DNA of 34,822 nt from Campylobacterales bacterium. Lineage in GTDB: Bacteria; Campylobacterota; Campylobacteria; Campylobacterales; QNZT01. Under the pieces are notes generated by a model that was given only the letters and a program-made list of their open reading frames with translations, was not told where the DNA came from and made no database searches. Position 1 is the first letter of the stretch. Every line of letters begins with the position of its first letter. This document shows positions 9,417 to 18,686 of the stretch, in pieces. The position numbers and the translations under genes were made by a program. The stretch lies in NCBI GenBank assembly GCA_027081145.1, contig JALWLB010000150.1, positions 1-34,822 on the forward strand. The letters run 5' to 3'.

Positions 9417-10928
9417 CTACTCCTCTAACTCTTCAAAAAATTCTATTAATTTCAGTTTATCAATTTTATGATTTTGAAACTTATATATGTTTTGCTCCAA
9501 TTTATCTAGTGTAGTTGAGATTAATTTATCTTTTTTAGCATAAGGCAATAAAAGCTCAAAAAGCTCTTTATCATCTTTTGTTTTTTTAATTTTTTTGACT
9601 ATATCTAACTCCTTTTTTGTTTTTTCAAACTTTAAACCTCTACCTATATAGCCTATCATACCACCAAATAGTAATCCAGCTAAAAGAAATAGATATTTTA
9701 TATGATTTGACTCTTCAACATTTACATTATCATTTTTTGTTTCTATTGTAGGGGTATTATCATTTAGAGACTCTATAGATGGTTTTTTAGCTTTTTTTGC
9801 TCCTTTTACTTTTATCTGTATCGGTTTTGTTTGAATAATTTTAATTTGTTTAGTTTTTTTATCAAGATATTTTAATTTTATAGGCGGAATCGTAAAATCA
9901 TTTTCAGCTATAATTGCTATTTTTTGAGTAAACTCTCCTTTATAGACTCCATTTTGTAAATTTGTCACTATCTTAGGCTCATCTGCATAAACTATGGCTT
10001 CATCTATATCTAAATCAAATTTTTTGATATCATCTATATTGCCCTCACCTTTTATATTGATAGTTAAATTGACAGGTTTATTTGCACTAACTTCATATTT
10101 ATCAACACTAGCTTTTATACTAAAATCTCCAAAAAGCTCAACTCCATTTGGTAGAGGTTTTATATCTAAATCTATCTCATTTGAAAAAATTTTTTGCCAT
10201 TTAATTTGTGAAGTAAATGAGTCAAAAAATGGATCATTAAAAAATGGATCACTACTACCTAATCTATTTCGAACCAATTTACCTATATCTGCTTCTATTG
10301 GAGCAAGTTTATATTTGCCACTCTTTTGAGGAAATAGTATATAGCTTATTTGTTGGATTATATATTCACCTTTTGTACTTTTTTGTACACCTTCAACCTT
10401 TTTAATCCAAAAGTCTTCCAATCTTGGCTCACTTATTTGTAATTTATCAGCATGAGCATTTAATTTTTGTTTAAAAGATATTGTAAGTTTAATGCTCTCT
10501 CCAACTGTAGCACTTTTTTTATCTACACTCATACTCACTACAAAATCTGCCCCTTTTTGACTAGCAGTTGGTTTTAAAACTGCCACTTTTAACTCTTTTG
10601 TTTTATAGCGTTTGCCATCTACTATCACTTCATATGATGGTATAGTTACATCTTTTAAAGGAGCAAATGTGTAAGTTTTTGAGATACTTCTAGTTACTTT
10701 TGAATTTATAATAGTAGTTGATTGAGAAGATGAAGTGCCTAAGATAGGATATGAATCTATCTCATCAATTGTTGGAAACACTACATCATTTCCCTCAGCA
10801 CTTATACTAAATTCTACAATCTCACCTTTATAAATTGCTGGTACATTTATCTTTGCTGTTACATTTGCAAATAGATCTATAATTAAAATAAAAGTTATTA
10901 AAATACTACCAAGGATTTTGTTCTTCAT
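9417..10928 (-). CDS. batD: BatD family exported protein
   Basis: N-terminal signal/TM segment, beta-rich repeats (LFPQKSGKY, IKGEGNI), DPFFNDPFF, C-terminal TM. Last gene of the Bat cluster. Confidence 0.85.
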   Translation of the reverse strand: MKNKILGSILITFILIIDLFANVTAKINVPAIYKGEIVEFSISAEGNDVVFPTIDEIDSYPILGTSSSQSTTIINSKVTRSISKTYTFAPLKDVTIPSYEVIVDGKRYKTKELKVAVLKPTASQKGADFVVSMSVDKKSATVGESIKLTISFKQKLNAHADKLQISEPRLEDFWIKKVEGVQKSTKGEYIIQQISYILFPQKSGKYKLAPIEADIGKLVRNRLGSSDPFFNDPFFDSFTSQIKWQKIFSNEIDLDIKPLPNGVELFGDFSIKASVDKYEVSANKPVNLTINIKGEGNIDDIKKFDLDIDEAIVYADEPKIVTNLQNGVYKGEFTQKIAIIAENDFTIPPIKLKYLDKKTKQIKIIQTKPIQIKVKGAKKAKKPSIESLNDNTPTIETKNDNVNVEESNHIKYLFLLAGLLFGGMIGYIGRGLKFEKTKKELDIVKKIKKTKDDKELFELLLPYAKKDKLISTTLDKLEQNIYKFQNHKIDKLKLIEFFEELEE

Positions 10929-11649
10929 ATCTATCTCCTTTAGTTTTTAGTGGCAATAAAAGTGTATTTATACCTCTTTGATTTAGTTTTTGTTGCCATT
11001 TTCTCTCTTCTATGTCACTAATTGGTGGTTGTTTTTTGGGCTTTTGATTTGCGTTTAATTTTTGATCTTGATTTTGATTTTTGTCTTTATTTTTATCACT
11101 TTTTTGTTTTTGTTGGTTCTCTTTTTGTTGTTTTTGATTTTCATTTTTGTTTTTACTGGATTGTTTAGAATTTTGATTTTGTTTATCATTTTTATTTTTT
11201 TTATTCTTATTTTGGTTTTGATTTTTGTTATCTTTATTGCTCTTTTTATTCTCTTTTTGCCTTTTTTTCTGTTTTAAAAGTTCAAGATTTTATCTTGTAT
11301 CTTTATCATCTTCTATTTTTAAAGCATCTTCATACGATTTTATAGCTTTATCAATTTGATTTAAATTTGCATAAGAGTTTCCAAGATTATGCAATACTTT
11401 AAATTGAAGATCTTTATCTTTTATACTTTTATACAAAGAGATCGCCTCTTTGTACTTTTTTTGTCTATATAAACTATCTGCTGCATTAAATCTAGCCTTA
11501 TCATTATCTACTTTTTGATAAAGCTTAGCAGCTTTTTCATACTCTCTGTTTTCATAAGCTTTTTTTGCATCTTTTAAATATAAAAAATCAAACATAGATG
11601 AAAACAGATAACCACTCATAATTAACAATAAAACAACTACTCTCATCAA
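10906..11649 (-). pseudogene. batC: BatC-like TPR protein interrupted by a single in-frame TAA (11290-11292)
   Basis: TPR (LHNLGNSY...AIKSYEDAL) reads ...DKDTR*NLELLKQKK... and continues in frame through a Q/K/N-rich linker to ...ERKWQQKL...QNPW* at 10906 (248 codons in total). Confidence 0.8.
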
Positions 11650-12611
11650 GCAACCTTTTGAGGGAGTGAAAATAGTGACATAAAAAATAGAATAATAGCA
11701 ACTATCAAAGGATAATAAAATAGCTCTTTTGTATCTTTGATAGTTATATTTTGCTCTTTTTTTGCTTTATGTTTTGCTCTTATATCATCTATTAAGACTT
11801 TGATATCATTTTTTGCTAAGGAGTATTTTAAATATGCTCCACCACTTTGTATAGCCAACTCTTTTATAGAATCATCTCTTTTGAGTATAACAATATCTCC
11901 ATTTTTATCTTTTAAGACTCCATTTTGTGTTTTTACAACCCCTCCTTTATCGGTTCCTATATTGTAAACATATACGGTTATTTTGTGTTTTTTTGCATAC
12001 TCTATCTCTTTTGAGAACTCTTTTTGATCTCCACCATCACTAAAAATGAGTAAAACTTTATCACTCTCATCACCTAAAAGATCATTTGCCGATTCTAATG
12101 CTGATAAGATATCTGTCCCTTTTAGTGAGAGATAATCAAGATTTAAATTTTTGGTTAAAAATTTTAGTGAATGAAAATCCTCAGTCAAAGGTGATATTAA
12201 AAATGTTTTTGAGCTAAATCCTATCAAAGCTACTTTGATATTTTTAAAGTACTCCAATGAGTCCAAAAACTTCATCTTTGCAAACTCAAACCTATTTGGA
12301 TAGATATCATTTGCAAACATTGATCTTGACATATCAAGTGCTGTTACCACATTTATAAAGCTTGATTTTACTTTGATTTCACCTTTGTCTATTTGTGCTC
12401 TTGCCAAAGCGATAATTAAAAAAACCATTGATAAAAGCATCAAAATATTTCTAGCTCTTTTTGATAAAGCTCTATTTTTGATTTTGATCTTTTCAAGTAC
12501 CCTTTTTGAAAAAACTCTCTCTAAAGTATCTACATGATTTCTCAAAAGATATACAAATGGTATCAATAGTAGCAGTAAATATAAAAACTCTATATCTTTA
12601 AAATAAAACAT
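11646..12611 (-). CDS. batB: VWA domain protein, BatB-like
   Basis: N-terminal TM, MIDAS DMSRSM, PLTED, FSDGGD, C-terminal TM. Confidence 0.82.
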   Translation of the reverse strand: MFYFKDIEFLYLLLLLIPFVYLLRNHVDTLERVFSKRVLEKIKIKNRALSKRARNILMLLSMVFLIIALARAQIDKGEIKVKSSFINVVTALDMSRSMFANDIYPNRFEFAKMKFLDSLEYFKNIKVALIGFSSKTFLISPLTEDFHSLKFLTKNLNLDYLSLKGTDILSALESANDLLGDESDKVLLIFSDGGDQKEFSKEIEYAKKHKITVYVYNIGTDKGGVVKTQNGVLKDKNGDIVILKRDDSIKELAIQSGGAYLKYSLAKNDIKVLIDDIRAKHKAKKEQNITIKDTKELFYYPLIVAIILFFMSLFSLPQKVA

Positions 12612-13503
12612 TTTGTTTCCTATTTATAGCATATAGATAAAGCATCATAAAAAATAGTGATAAAATTAAAATATATTGAAAATAATAACTCTTTTTGATA
12701 TATTTATCTGCTTTGATCTCGCTCTTTTCTAAAGAGTCTATAAGATCATAAATCTGTTTTAACTCTTGTATGCTTGTAGCTTGAAAATATTTCCCACCAG
12801 TTTGATCTGCTATCTCTTTTAAGACTATTGGATTAAAATCCCCTGCTCTTCCAACACCTATAGTATAAACTTTAATACCATACTTTTTGGCTGTATTGAT
12901 AGCTACATTTAGTGGAATTGAGTCTGTATTGTCCACACCATCAGTTAATAAAATAGCTATTTTTTCTTTTGATTTACTAGTTTTAAATAGGTTTGAGCTT
13001 AAAAACAGAGCTTCATATAGTGCTGTTCTTTGCTCTCCAGCAATTCCCACCTCAATACGACTTAAAAGCCTTTTGATACTTTTTTTATCATAAGTTAATG
13101 GTATCGCAACATAGGCAAAATCGGCAAATATACTAAGGGCTAACTTATCATGTAGTCTCTTATCTACAAAATCTTCAACAATACCTTTTACAATATCAAA
13201 CTTATTATACTCACTCATAGAGCCACTAGCATCTAAAATGAGTGATATCTCATACCCTTTATCATTCTTCAACTCAATAGTATCTTCTTTGATTGGACTT
13301 GCTAGAGCTATGCTTAGAGTAAGTATTATCAAAAACTTTAAAAGATTTGTCAAAAATGAGCTTTTTAAAGAGGCTTTTTTTAATAAAGCCACATTTGGAA
13401 AATAGATAGCAGTACTCTTTTGTTTACAAAATATTGAACAAATTATAAAAATCAATAAAATAACAAAAGCATAAGGGTATTCAAAAGAGATATTTTCTAT
13501 CAT
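12598..13503 (-). CDS. batA: VWA domain protein, BatA-like
   Basis: FEYP + TM, MIDAS DASGSM, PLTYD, LLTDG, KVYTIGVG, TGGKYF. Confidence 0.85.
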   Translation of the reverse strand: MIENISFEYPYAFVILLIFIICSIFCKQKSTAIYFPNVALLKKASLKSSFLTNLLKFLIILTLSIALASPIKEDTIELKNDKGYEISLILDASGSMSEYNKFDIVKGIVEDFVDKRLHDKLALSIFADFAYVAIPLTYDKKSIKRLLSRIEVGIAGEQRTALYEALFLSSNLFKTSKSKEKIAILLTDGVDNTDSIPLNVAINTAKKYGIKVYTIGVGRAGDFNPIVLKEIADQTGGKYFQATSIQELKQIYDLIDSLEKSEIKADKYIKKSYYFQYILILSLFFMMLYLYAINRKQNVLF

Positions 13504-13883
13504 GTAATACTCCTTATGAACTCTTTGATCATCTTTTTTGTATCACTATCTAGTAATGGAGTCTCTTTTTTGTATTTGTATTGTGTTAAGTTTTTTTCTA
13601 TTTTTTGAAATAAATCCCTGTTTTTTTCATTGACAAATAAAGAGCCATCTACACTAAAGGTATATACCGCTTTTTTTTGATCTTTAAAGTCGATCGATTT
13701 TAATCTCTGTTTTGCTAACTCTTTGTTTGTAGGTTTTTTTCTTTTTTTTCTTCTATTTTTATACAGATAAATGATCAATCCAATAGCCAAAATAGATACA
13801 AAAATAGTTAATAAAAATATCCAAAAGCTATAATCTGGTACAACAACTATATCTTTTATATCTTTTAGACCTTCCACAATCAA
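13500..13883 (-). CDS. Small single-TM Bat-cluster protein (DUF4381-like)
   Basis: LKDIKDIV..P, one TM helix, then a basic RRKKRKK patch. Typical position between DUF58 and BatA. Confidence 0.7.
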   Translation of the reverse strand: MIVEGLKDIKDIVVVPDYSFWIFLLTIFVSILAIGLIIYLYKNRRKKRKKPTNKELAKQRLKSIDFKDQKKAVYTFSVDGSLFVNEKNRDLFQKIEKNLTQYKYKKETPLLDSDTKKMIKEFIRSIT

Positions 13884-14710
13884 CCTTTTATAATTTGACT
13901 CAAACGAAGATAGATATCTTCATCTGTATAAATTTTTCCATAAGAGATTTTATGCTCTAAAAAGTGCTCTTTTAACTTTTCATCATGCTTTTTGATAAGT
14001 TTTTGATACTCTTTGGCAATATCTTGATTTAAATTTAGTTTATCTGGTTTGAGAGTATTTGTATCTATAAGCTCAAACTCACCATTTAAAAGTGGATACT
14101 CTTCAAATCTATCTCTAATTATAATTGCATATAACTCATTTTTGTGTGCAATTTCACTCAAATCAACTTCGCTATAAAAATCACCAACAATAAAAATAAG
14201 CGATTTTTGTTTTAAGGTAGAGTTTACATAATCACTAAATTTTTTAAAATCGACCTCTTTTTGTAAACAATCTATCAAAATAGCACTATCTAAGATATCA
14301 TGTACTATGCTCTCACTCTTTAGAGGTTTAAAAAACTTCTCCTCTTTATCGCTAAAAAATATACTTTGAACTCTATTGTTATCTTTTAGAGCAGAAAATG
14401 CCAAAAGTGCTAATACTTCAGCTACAACCTCTTGTTTTAACTTAACACTTCCAAAATTTATACTACCACTTACCATAAAGGCTAAGATTATATTTAATTC
14501 TCTCTCTTCATTAAAAACATTTGTCTTTAGTGATCCGCTTTTTGCTGTAGCTTTCCAGTTGAGCTTTCTTATATCATCACCATACTCATACTCTCTAATT
14601 TCACGAAAATCGAGACCATCACCTTTAAAAGTGGTTAAATGGTTTCCTAAATTTCCACTAAAAACATCCTTTTTAGCTCTTAGTAGTATCTCCTTTGCAA
14701 TTTGTTGCAT
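13880..14710 (-). CDS. DUF58 domain protein
   Basis: GDGLDFREIREYEYGDDIRKLNWKATAK, EERE motif. Confidence 0.92.
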   Translation of the reverse strand: MQQIAKEILLRAKKDVFSGNLGNHLTTFKGDGLDFREIREYEYGDDIRKLNWKATAKSGSLKTNVFNEERELNIILAFMVSGSINFGSVKLKQEVVAEVLALLAFSALKDNNRVQSIFFSDKEEKFFKPLKSESIVHDILDSAILIDCLQKEVDFKKFSDYVNSTLKQKSLIFIVGDFYSEVDLSEIAHKNELYAIIIRDRFEEYPLLNGEFELIDTNTLKPDKLNLNQDIAKEYQKLIKKHDEKLKEHFLEHKISYGKIYTDEDIYLRLSQIIKG

Positions 14711-14719
14711 TAATAGCCT

Positions 14720-15667
14720 TTAAGGAGCTTTGATGGATTGGATAATTTTTTCTATAACACTATCTGTAGTTATATTGTTGGCTTGGGCTTTGTAATTTAA
14801 TATAATCCTATGTCTTAAAACGCTATTTACTATATAGCTTATATCCAAAGGCGTAACATAATCTTTTCCTCTAATCAAAGCAATAGCCGAACTTGCTTTA
14901 TATAAATCGATAGAGGCTCTAGGACTTGCTCCAAAACTGATAAATTCACTAATTTCACTAACTCCATACTCTTTTGGAAATCTAGTAGCAAATATAATTT
15001 TAGTCATATACTCTCTTATCGCTTCATCTACATGAACATGTTGAAAATCTTGTTTAATCTCTTTTAAATCATTTGCATCAGCTACTTGAGTAATACTCTC
15101 AAAACCACTAATTGCTACTCTTTTGACAATCTCCATCTCTTCTTTAAAACTGTTGTATCCAACCAAAGTTTTTAACATAAATCTATCCAATTGAGCCTCT
15201 GGCAATCTATAAGTTCCCTCTTGTTCTACTGGATTTTCGGTAGCCATAACCAAAAATGGCTCATCTATTTTAAAACTATGCTCTGCAATAGTCACTTGTC
15301 TTTCTTGCATAACTTCTAAAAGAGCTGCTTGAACTTTGGCTGGTGCTCTATTTATCTCATCAGCAAGTAGTAAGTTTGTAAAAATAGGACCTTTTTTGAT
15401 AGAAAATTCACCACTTTTAGGATTGTAAATTTCTGTTCCAGTTATATCACTTGGAAGAAGATCTGGGGTAAATTGGACTCTTTTAAAATCAATCCCTAAT
15501 GACTTTGCTATTGCATTAATAGCTGTTGTTTTTGCAAGTCCGGGAATACCCTCTACAAGTATATGACCATTTGCAATCAATCCCACAAGAAGTGCATCAA
15601 TAAGCTCATCTTGTCCAACAATAATCTTTTTTATCTCATTTTTTATAGCATCAATTTTACTATTCAT
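14720..15667 (-). CDS. moxR: MoxR family AAA+ ATPase
   Basis: GIPGLAKT, QFTPDLLPSDITG, DEINRAPAKVQAALLE, LPEAQLDRF, GASPR. Confidence 0.95.
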   Translation of the reverse strand: MNSKIDAIKNEIKKIIVGQDELIDALLVGLIANGHILVEGIPGLAKTTAINAIAKSLGIDFKRVQFTPDLLPSDITGTEIYNPKSGEFSIKKGPIFTNLLLADEINRAPAKVQAALLEVMQERQVTIAEHSFKIDEPFLVMATENPVEQEGTYRLPEAQLDRFMLKTLVGYNSFKEEMEIVKRVAISGFESITQVADANDLKEIKQDFQHVHVDEAIREYMTKIIFATRFPKEYGVSEISEFISFGASPRASIDLYKASSAIALIRGKDYVTPLDISYIVNSVLRHRIILNYKAQANNITTDSVIEKIIQSIKAP

Positions 15668-15747
15668 AATGCTTCCTTGTTTTGTATAATTAATTATGTG
15701 AGTAAAATTATAAAATTACTTATTTAATATTTAATTAATATTTGATT

Positions 15748-15777
15748 AATAACCAATAGAAAAAACTCTTGGTTATT
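15748..15777 (-). terminator. Probable terminator hairpin after the hsp20 triplet
   Basis: AATAACCAA (15748-15756) / TTGGTTATT (15769-15777) stem immediately downstream of the third hsp20 stop. Confidence 0.5.
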
Positions 15778-15784
15778 TGATAAA

Positions 15785-16279
15785 CTATTTTTTAGGTATT
15801 TTAATAGTTAAAACTCCATTTTTGTATTGTGTAGTTAATTTATCACCATTTGCATCTTTAGGAAGTGTTAAACTTTTATGAAATACACCAACAAATCTCT
15901 CTTTTTTAATCAATTTATCACTTTTCTCCTCTTTTGCCTTTTCACTTTTGGCATCGATACTTAAAATATGATCTTTGATCTCAACTTTAGTCTGAGCTTG
16001 ATCAACTCCTGGAAGATCAACTTTTATCTCATAATATTTACCTTTATCGATCAAATCACTTCTAGGAGTAAATGATGAATTTTTAAAAAACTCATCATCA
16101 AGCCTCATATTATTAAAAAATTTGCTATGAAAGTTATCAAATATTTTATTCATATCCTCTTGTAGTTTTTGAAAATCTCTAAAAATTGGATCATTGACTA
16201 CTGAATTTGTAGCAAATGATGAAGTTGCCAAACAAGAGAATATACCTAAGCTAATTAAAACTTTTTTGAGTAGTTTCAT
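15785..16279 (-). CDS. Hsp20/alpha-crystallin protein with N-terminal signal peptide
   Basis: VDLPGV, ERFVGVFHKSLTLP, YKNGVLTIKIPK. N-terminus MKLLKKVLISLGIFSCLATSSFA has n/h/c regions. Confidence 0.88.
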   Translation of the reverse strand: MKLLKKVLISLGIFSCLATSSFATNSVVNDPIFRDFQKLQEDMNKIFDNFHSKFFNNMRLDDEFFKNSSFTPRSDLIDKGKYYEIKVDLPGVDQAQTKVEIKDHILSIDAKSEKAKEEKSDKLIKKERFVGVFHKSLTLPKDANGDKLTTQYKNGVLTIKIPKK

Positions 16280-16290
16280 ATTAAAATCTC

Positions 16291-16716
16291 CTACTTTACT
16301 GCTATACTTTTAGCTTTTTTGGACTCTTCTTTCTCTAGCGTTATGTACAGCCTTCCATCTTTTAACTTTGCTTCAACTTTATCTGTATCAATTCCATCTG
16401 GCAATAAAAAAGATCTAGAAATTCTACCAAAACTGCTCTCACATAAATAATAATCATCCTCTTTAACCTCTTTTTTGACTTTTCTAACGGCATTTACAAC
16501 AAGATGATTATTTTCAATTTTGATATCTATATCACTCTTTTTTACACCTGGAAGATCAACTTCGATTTTAAAAATATCATTTCCTTTTTTTGCTAAGTTT
16601 GCAAATGGTAAATGACTAGCAACATTGCTAAGTGCATCTTTTGCTACTTCTAAACCATGCTCTAACTTCTCTTCAACTTTACTTCCAATCTCTTTTGCAT
16701 TTTTTACAATATCCAT
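16291..16716 (-). CDS. Hsp20/alpha-crystallin protein
   Basis: EVDLPGVKK, ESSFGRISRSFLLP, LKDGRLYITL. Confidence 0.92.
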   Translation of the reverse strand: MDIVKNAKEIGSKVEEKLEHGLEVAKDALSNVASHLPFANLAKKGNDIFKIEVDLPGVKKSDIDIKIENNHLVVNAVRKVKKEVKEDDYYLCESSFGRISRSFLLPDGIDTDKVEAKLKDGRLYITLEKEESKKAKSIAVK

Positions 16717-16727
16717 AGCCTCCCTCC

Positions 16728-17174
16728 TTATTTGATTTTGATCTTTTTAGCTTTTTTCTCAGCCTCTTTTAGTTTTGGAACAACAACCTCTAAAACACCA
16801 TCTTTTGACTCTGCATGAATATTTTCTACATCAACTTTTTCGGGAAGTGAAAAACTTCTTGAAAACTTTCCATATTGACTCTCTATACGATAATAGTCAT
16901 TCTCTTTTTCCTCTTTAGAAAACTTTCTCTCTCCAGATATAGTTAAAACATTATCTTCAACATCTATATCAATATCCTCTTTTTTGATACCTGGCAAATC
17001 TACCTCTACATAATAAGCATCTTCACCCTCTCTTGTATTTACAGATGGCACAAATGCCACAAGAGAGTTTTCATCTTTTTTTGCTTCTACTCCACTAATA
17101 ATACTATTTACAATATCAAAACTTCTTCTTAAATCCCTAAAATCATTAAACGGATTATATCTTGTAATTAACAT
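16728..17174 (-). CDS. Hsp20/alpha-crystallin protein
   Basis: EVDLPGIKKEDI, ISGER, YGKFSRSFSLP, KDGVLEVVVPK, C-terminal IxI (IKIK). Confidence 0.95.
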   Translation of the reverse strand: MLITRYNPFNDFRDLRRSFDIVNSIISGVEAKKDENSLVAFVPSVNTREGEDAYYVEVDLPGIKKEDIDIDVEDNVLTISGERKFSKEEKENDYYRIESQYGKFSRSFSLPEKVDVENIHAESKDGVLEVVVPKLKEAEKKAKKIKIK

Positions 17175-17197
17175 AATTGACTCCTTGTTGTTAGATT

Positions 17198-17233
17198 AGT
17201 TTAGTGTATATGACTAAACTTTTTGGAATTATA
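17198..17233 (-). promoter_or_regulatory. hsp20 promoter (-10 TATAAT) with HAIR-like HspR operator
   Basis: Perfect inverted repeat AGTTTAGT-N7-ACTAAACT (17198-17220) has the HAIR geometry (CTTGAGT-N7-ACTCAAG). Minus-strand TATAAT at 17233-17228 puts the start site at the operator edge. Confidence 0.7.
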
Positions 17234-17295
17234 CATGATATGCTTGATTTTTTAATGCTACTTTAGTTGCATTGAAAAGAATTTTTGTATATTCT

Positions 17296-17304
17296 TGATA
17301 TACT
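17296..17304 (+). promoter_or_regulatory. Extended -10 promoter for metY
   Basis: TGATATACT, 30 nt before the ATG. Confidence 0.5.
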
Positions 17305-17334
17305 AAGATTTTAAAATTATTTAAAGGAACACTT

Positions 17335-18597
17335 ATGAATCAAGAGACATTGGCAATTCATCATGGATATGAACAAGAGGGATTAGGTGCGATGGCAGTT
17401 CCACTTTATCAAACAACTGCATATGATTTTAAAACGGCACAAACTGCGGCTAATCGTTTTGCACTCAAAGAGCTTGGACCAATTTATACAAGATTAAACA
17501 ATCCAACAACAGAAATTTTAGAAAATAGAATATCTGCTATCGAACATGGAGCAGCCGCTATAGCAACTTCTAGTGGTCAAGCTGCTATATTTTATGCTAT
17601 TGCAAATTTGGCTGAAAGTGGTGATAATATAATAGTTGCTGAAAAAATCTATGGTGGTGCCACTACACTTTTAACTCATACTCTAAAAAGATTTGGTATT
17701 AGTGCAAAGATTTTTGATAGTGATAATGCTGATGATTTAGAAGATTTGATAGATGATAAAACAAAAGCTATCTTTTTTGAATCACTATCAAATCCACATA
17801 TATCAGTATCAAATACAGACAAAATAGTACAAATCGCAAATAGATATCATGTAGTATCAATATGTGATAATACCGTAGCAACTCCAATACTATATAATCC
17901 TTTAGATAAAGGGGTTGATGTAGTAGTTCATAGTGCAAGTAAATACATAACTGGACAAGGGTTGGCAATAGGTGGACTTATCATTGAGAGAGATGAATTA
18001 AACCAAAAACTTATAGATAATAAAAGATATCCTCAATTTAACGAACCTGATGAGAGTTATCATGGATTGGTTTATGCCAATTTACCATTTCCTATATTTA
18101 CTCTTCGAGTTAGACTCTCTCTTATTAGAGATATTGGAGCAACTCCAGCACCATTTAATTCATGGCTTTTTATTCAAGGACTTGAAACATTGGCTCTAAG
18201 GATAAAACAGCATAGCCAAAATACTCTAAAAATAGCCAAGTTTTTAGAATCCCACCCAAAAGTAAAAAGTGTAAATTATCCAGGACTTAAAAGTAGTCCT
18301 TATTATGATAGAGTTCAAAAAGAGTTCAAAGATGGTTATGCCTCTGGACTTTTGAGTTTTGAGAGTGGTAGTTTTGAGTTTGCTGAACAGATTTTAAATA
18401 AAACAAAAATTTTCTCTGTAGTTGTAAATATAGGTGACTCAAAATCGATCATAACCCATCCAGCAAGTACAACCCATATGCAAGTACCTCCAAAAGATTT
18501 AGAAAAATCGGGCGTAACTCCTGGTCTTGTTAGACTTAGTGTTGGTTTGGAAAATGTTGATGATTTGATAGAGGATCTAAAACAGGCTATGGAATGA
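17335..18597 (+). CDS. metY: O-acetylhomoserine aminocarboxypropyltransferase (sulfhydrylase)
   Basis: YTRLNNPT, SSGQAA, DNTVATP, HSASKY (PLP Lys), NIGDSKS, HPASTTH, RLSVGLE. Confidence 0.92.
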   Translation: MNQETLAIHHGYEQEGLGAMAVPLYQTTAYDFKTAQTAANRFALKELGPIYTRLNNPTTEILENRISAIEHGAAAIATSSGQAAIFYAIANLAESGDNIIVAEKIYGGATTLLTHTLKRFGISAKIFDSDNADDLEDLIDDKTKAIFFESLSNPHISVSNTDKIVQIANRYHVVSICDNTVATPILYNPLDKGVDVVVHSASKYITGQGLAIGGLIIERDELNQKLIDNKRYPQFNEPDESYHGLVYANLPFPIFTLRVRLSLIRDIGATPAPFNSWLFIQGLETLALRIKQHSQNTLKIAKFLESHPKVKSVNYPGLKSSPYYDRVQKEFKDGYASGLLSFESGSFEFAEQILNKTKIFSVVVNIGDSKSIITHPASTTHMQVPPKDLEKSGVTPGLVRLSVGLENVDDLIEDLKQAME

Positions 18598-18636
18598 TAG
18601 GTACTAAAAAAAGTATTGAAGTAAAAATATAGCTTA

Positions 18637-18686
18637 TTCGTACTATAATCCTTAAAAACTATATTTTTTCTGCATTATAGTACGAA
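18637..18686. repeat. Perfect 13-bp inverted repeat with 24-nt spacer between convergent genes
   Basis: TTCGTACTATAAT (18637-18649) / ATTATAGTACGAA (18674-18686). Confidence 0.8.

Noticed and set aside
11062-11277. Highly hydrophobic 71-aa ORF on + (possible membrane toxin)
   Set aside because: It is the reverse complement of the A-rich Q/K/N linker of batC and has no RBS.
11290-11292. Stop-codon reassignment or selenocysteine readthrough
   Set aside because: The codon is TAA, not TGA or TAG, and TAA terminates many other genes in the window.
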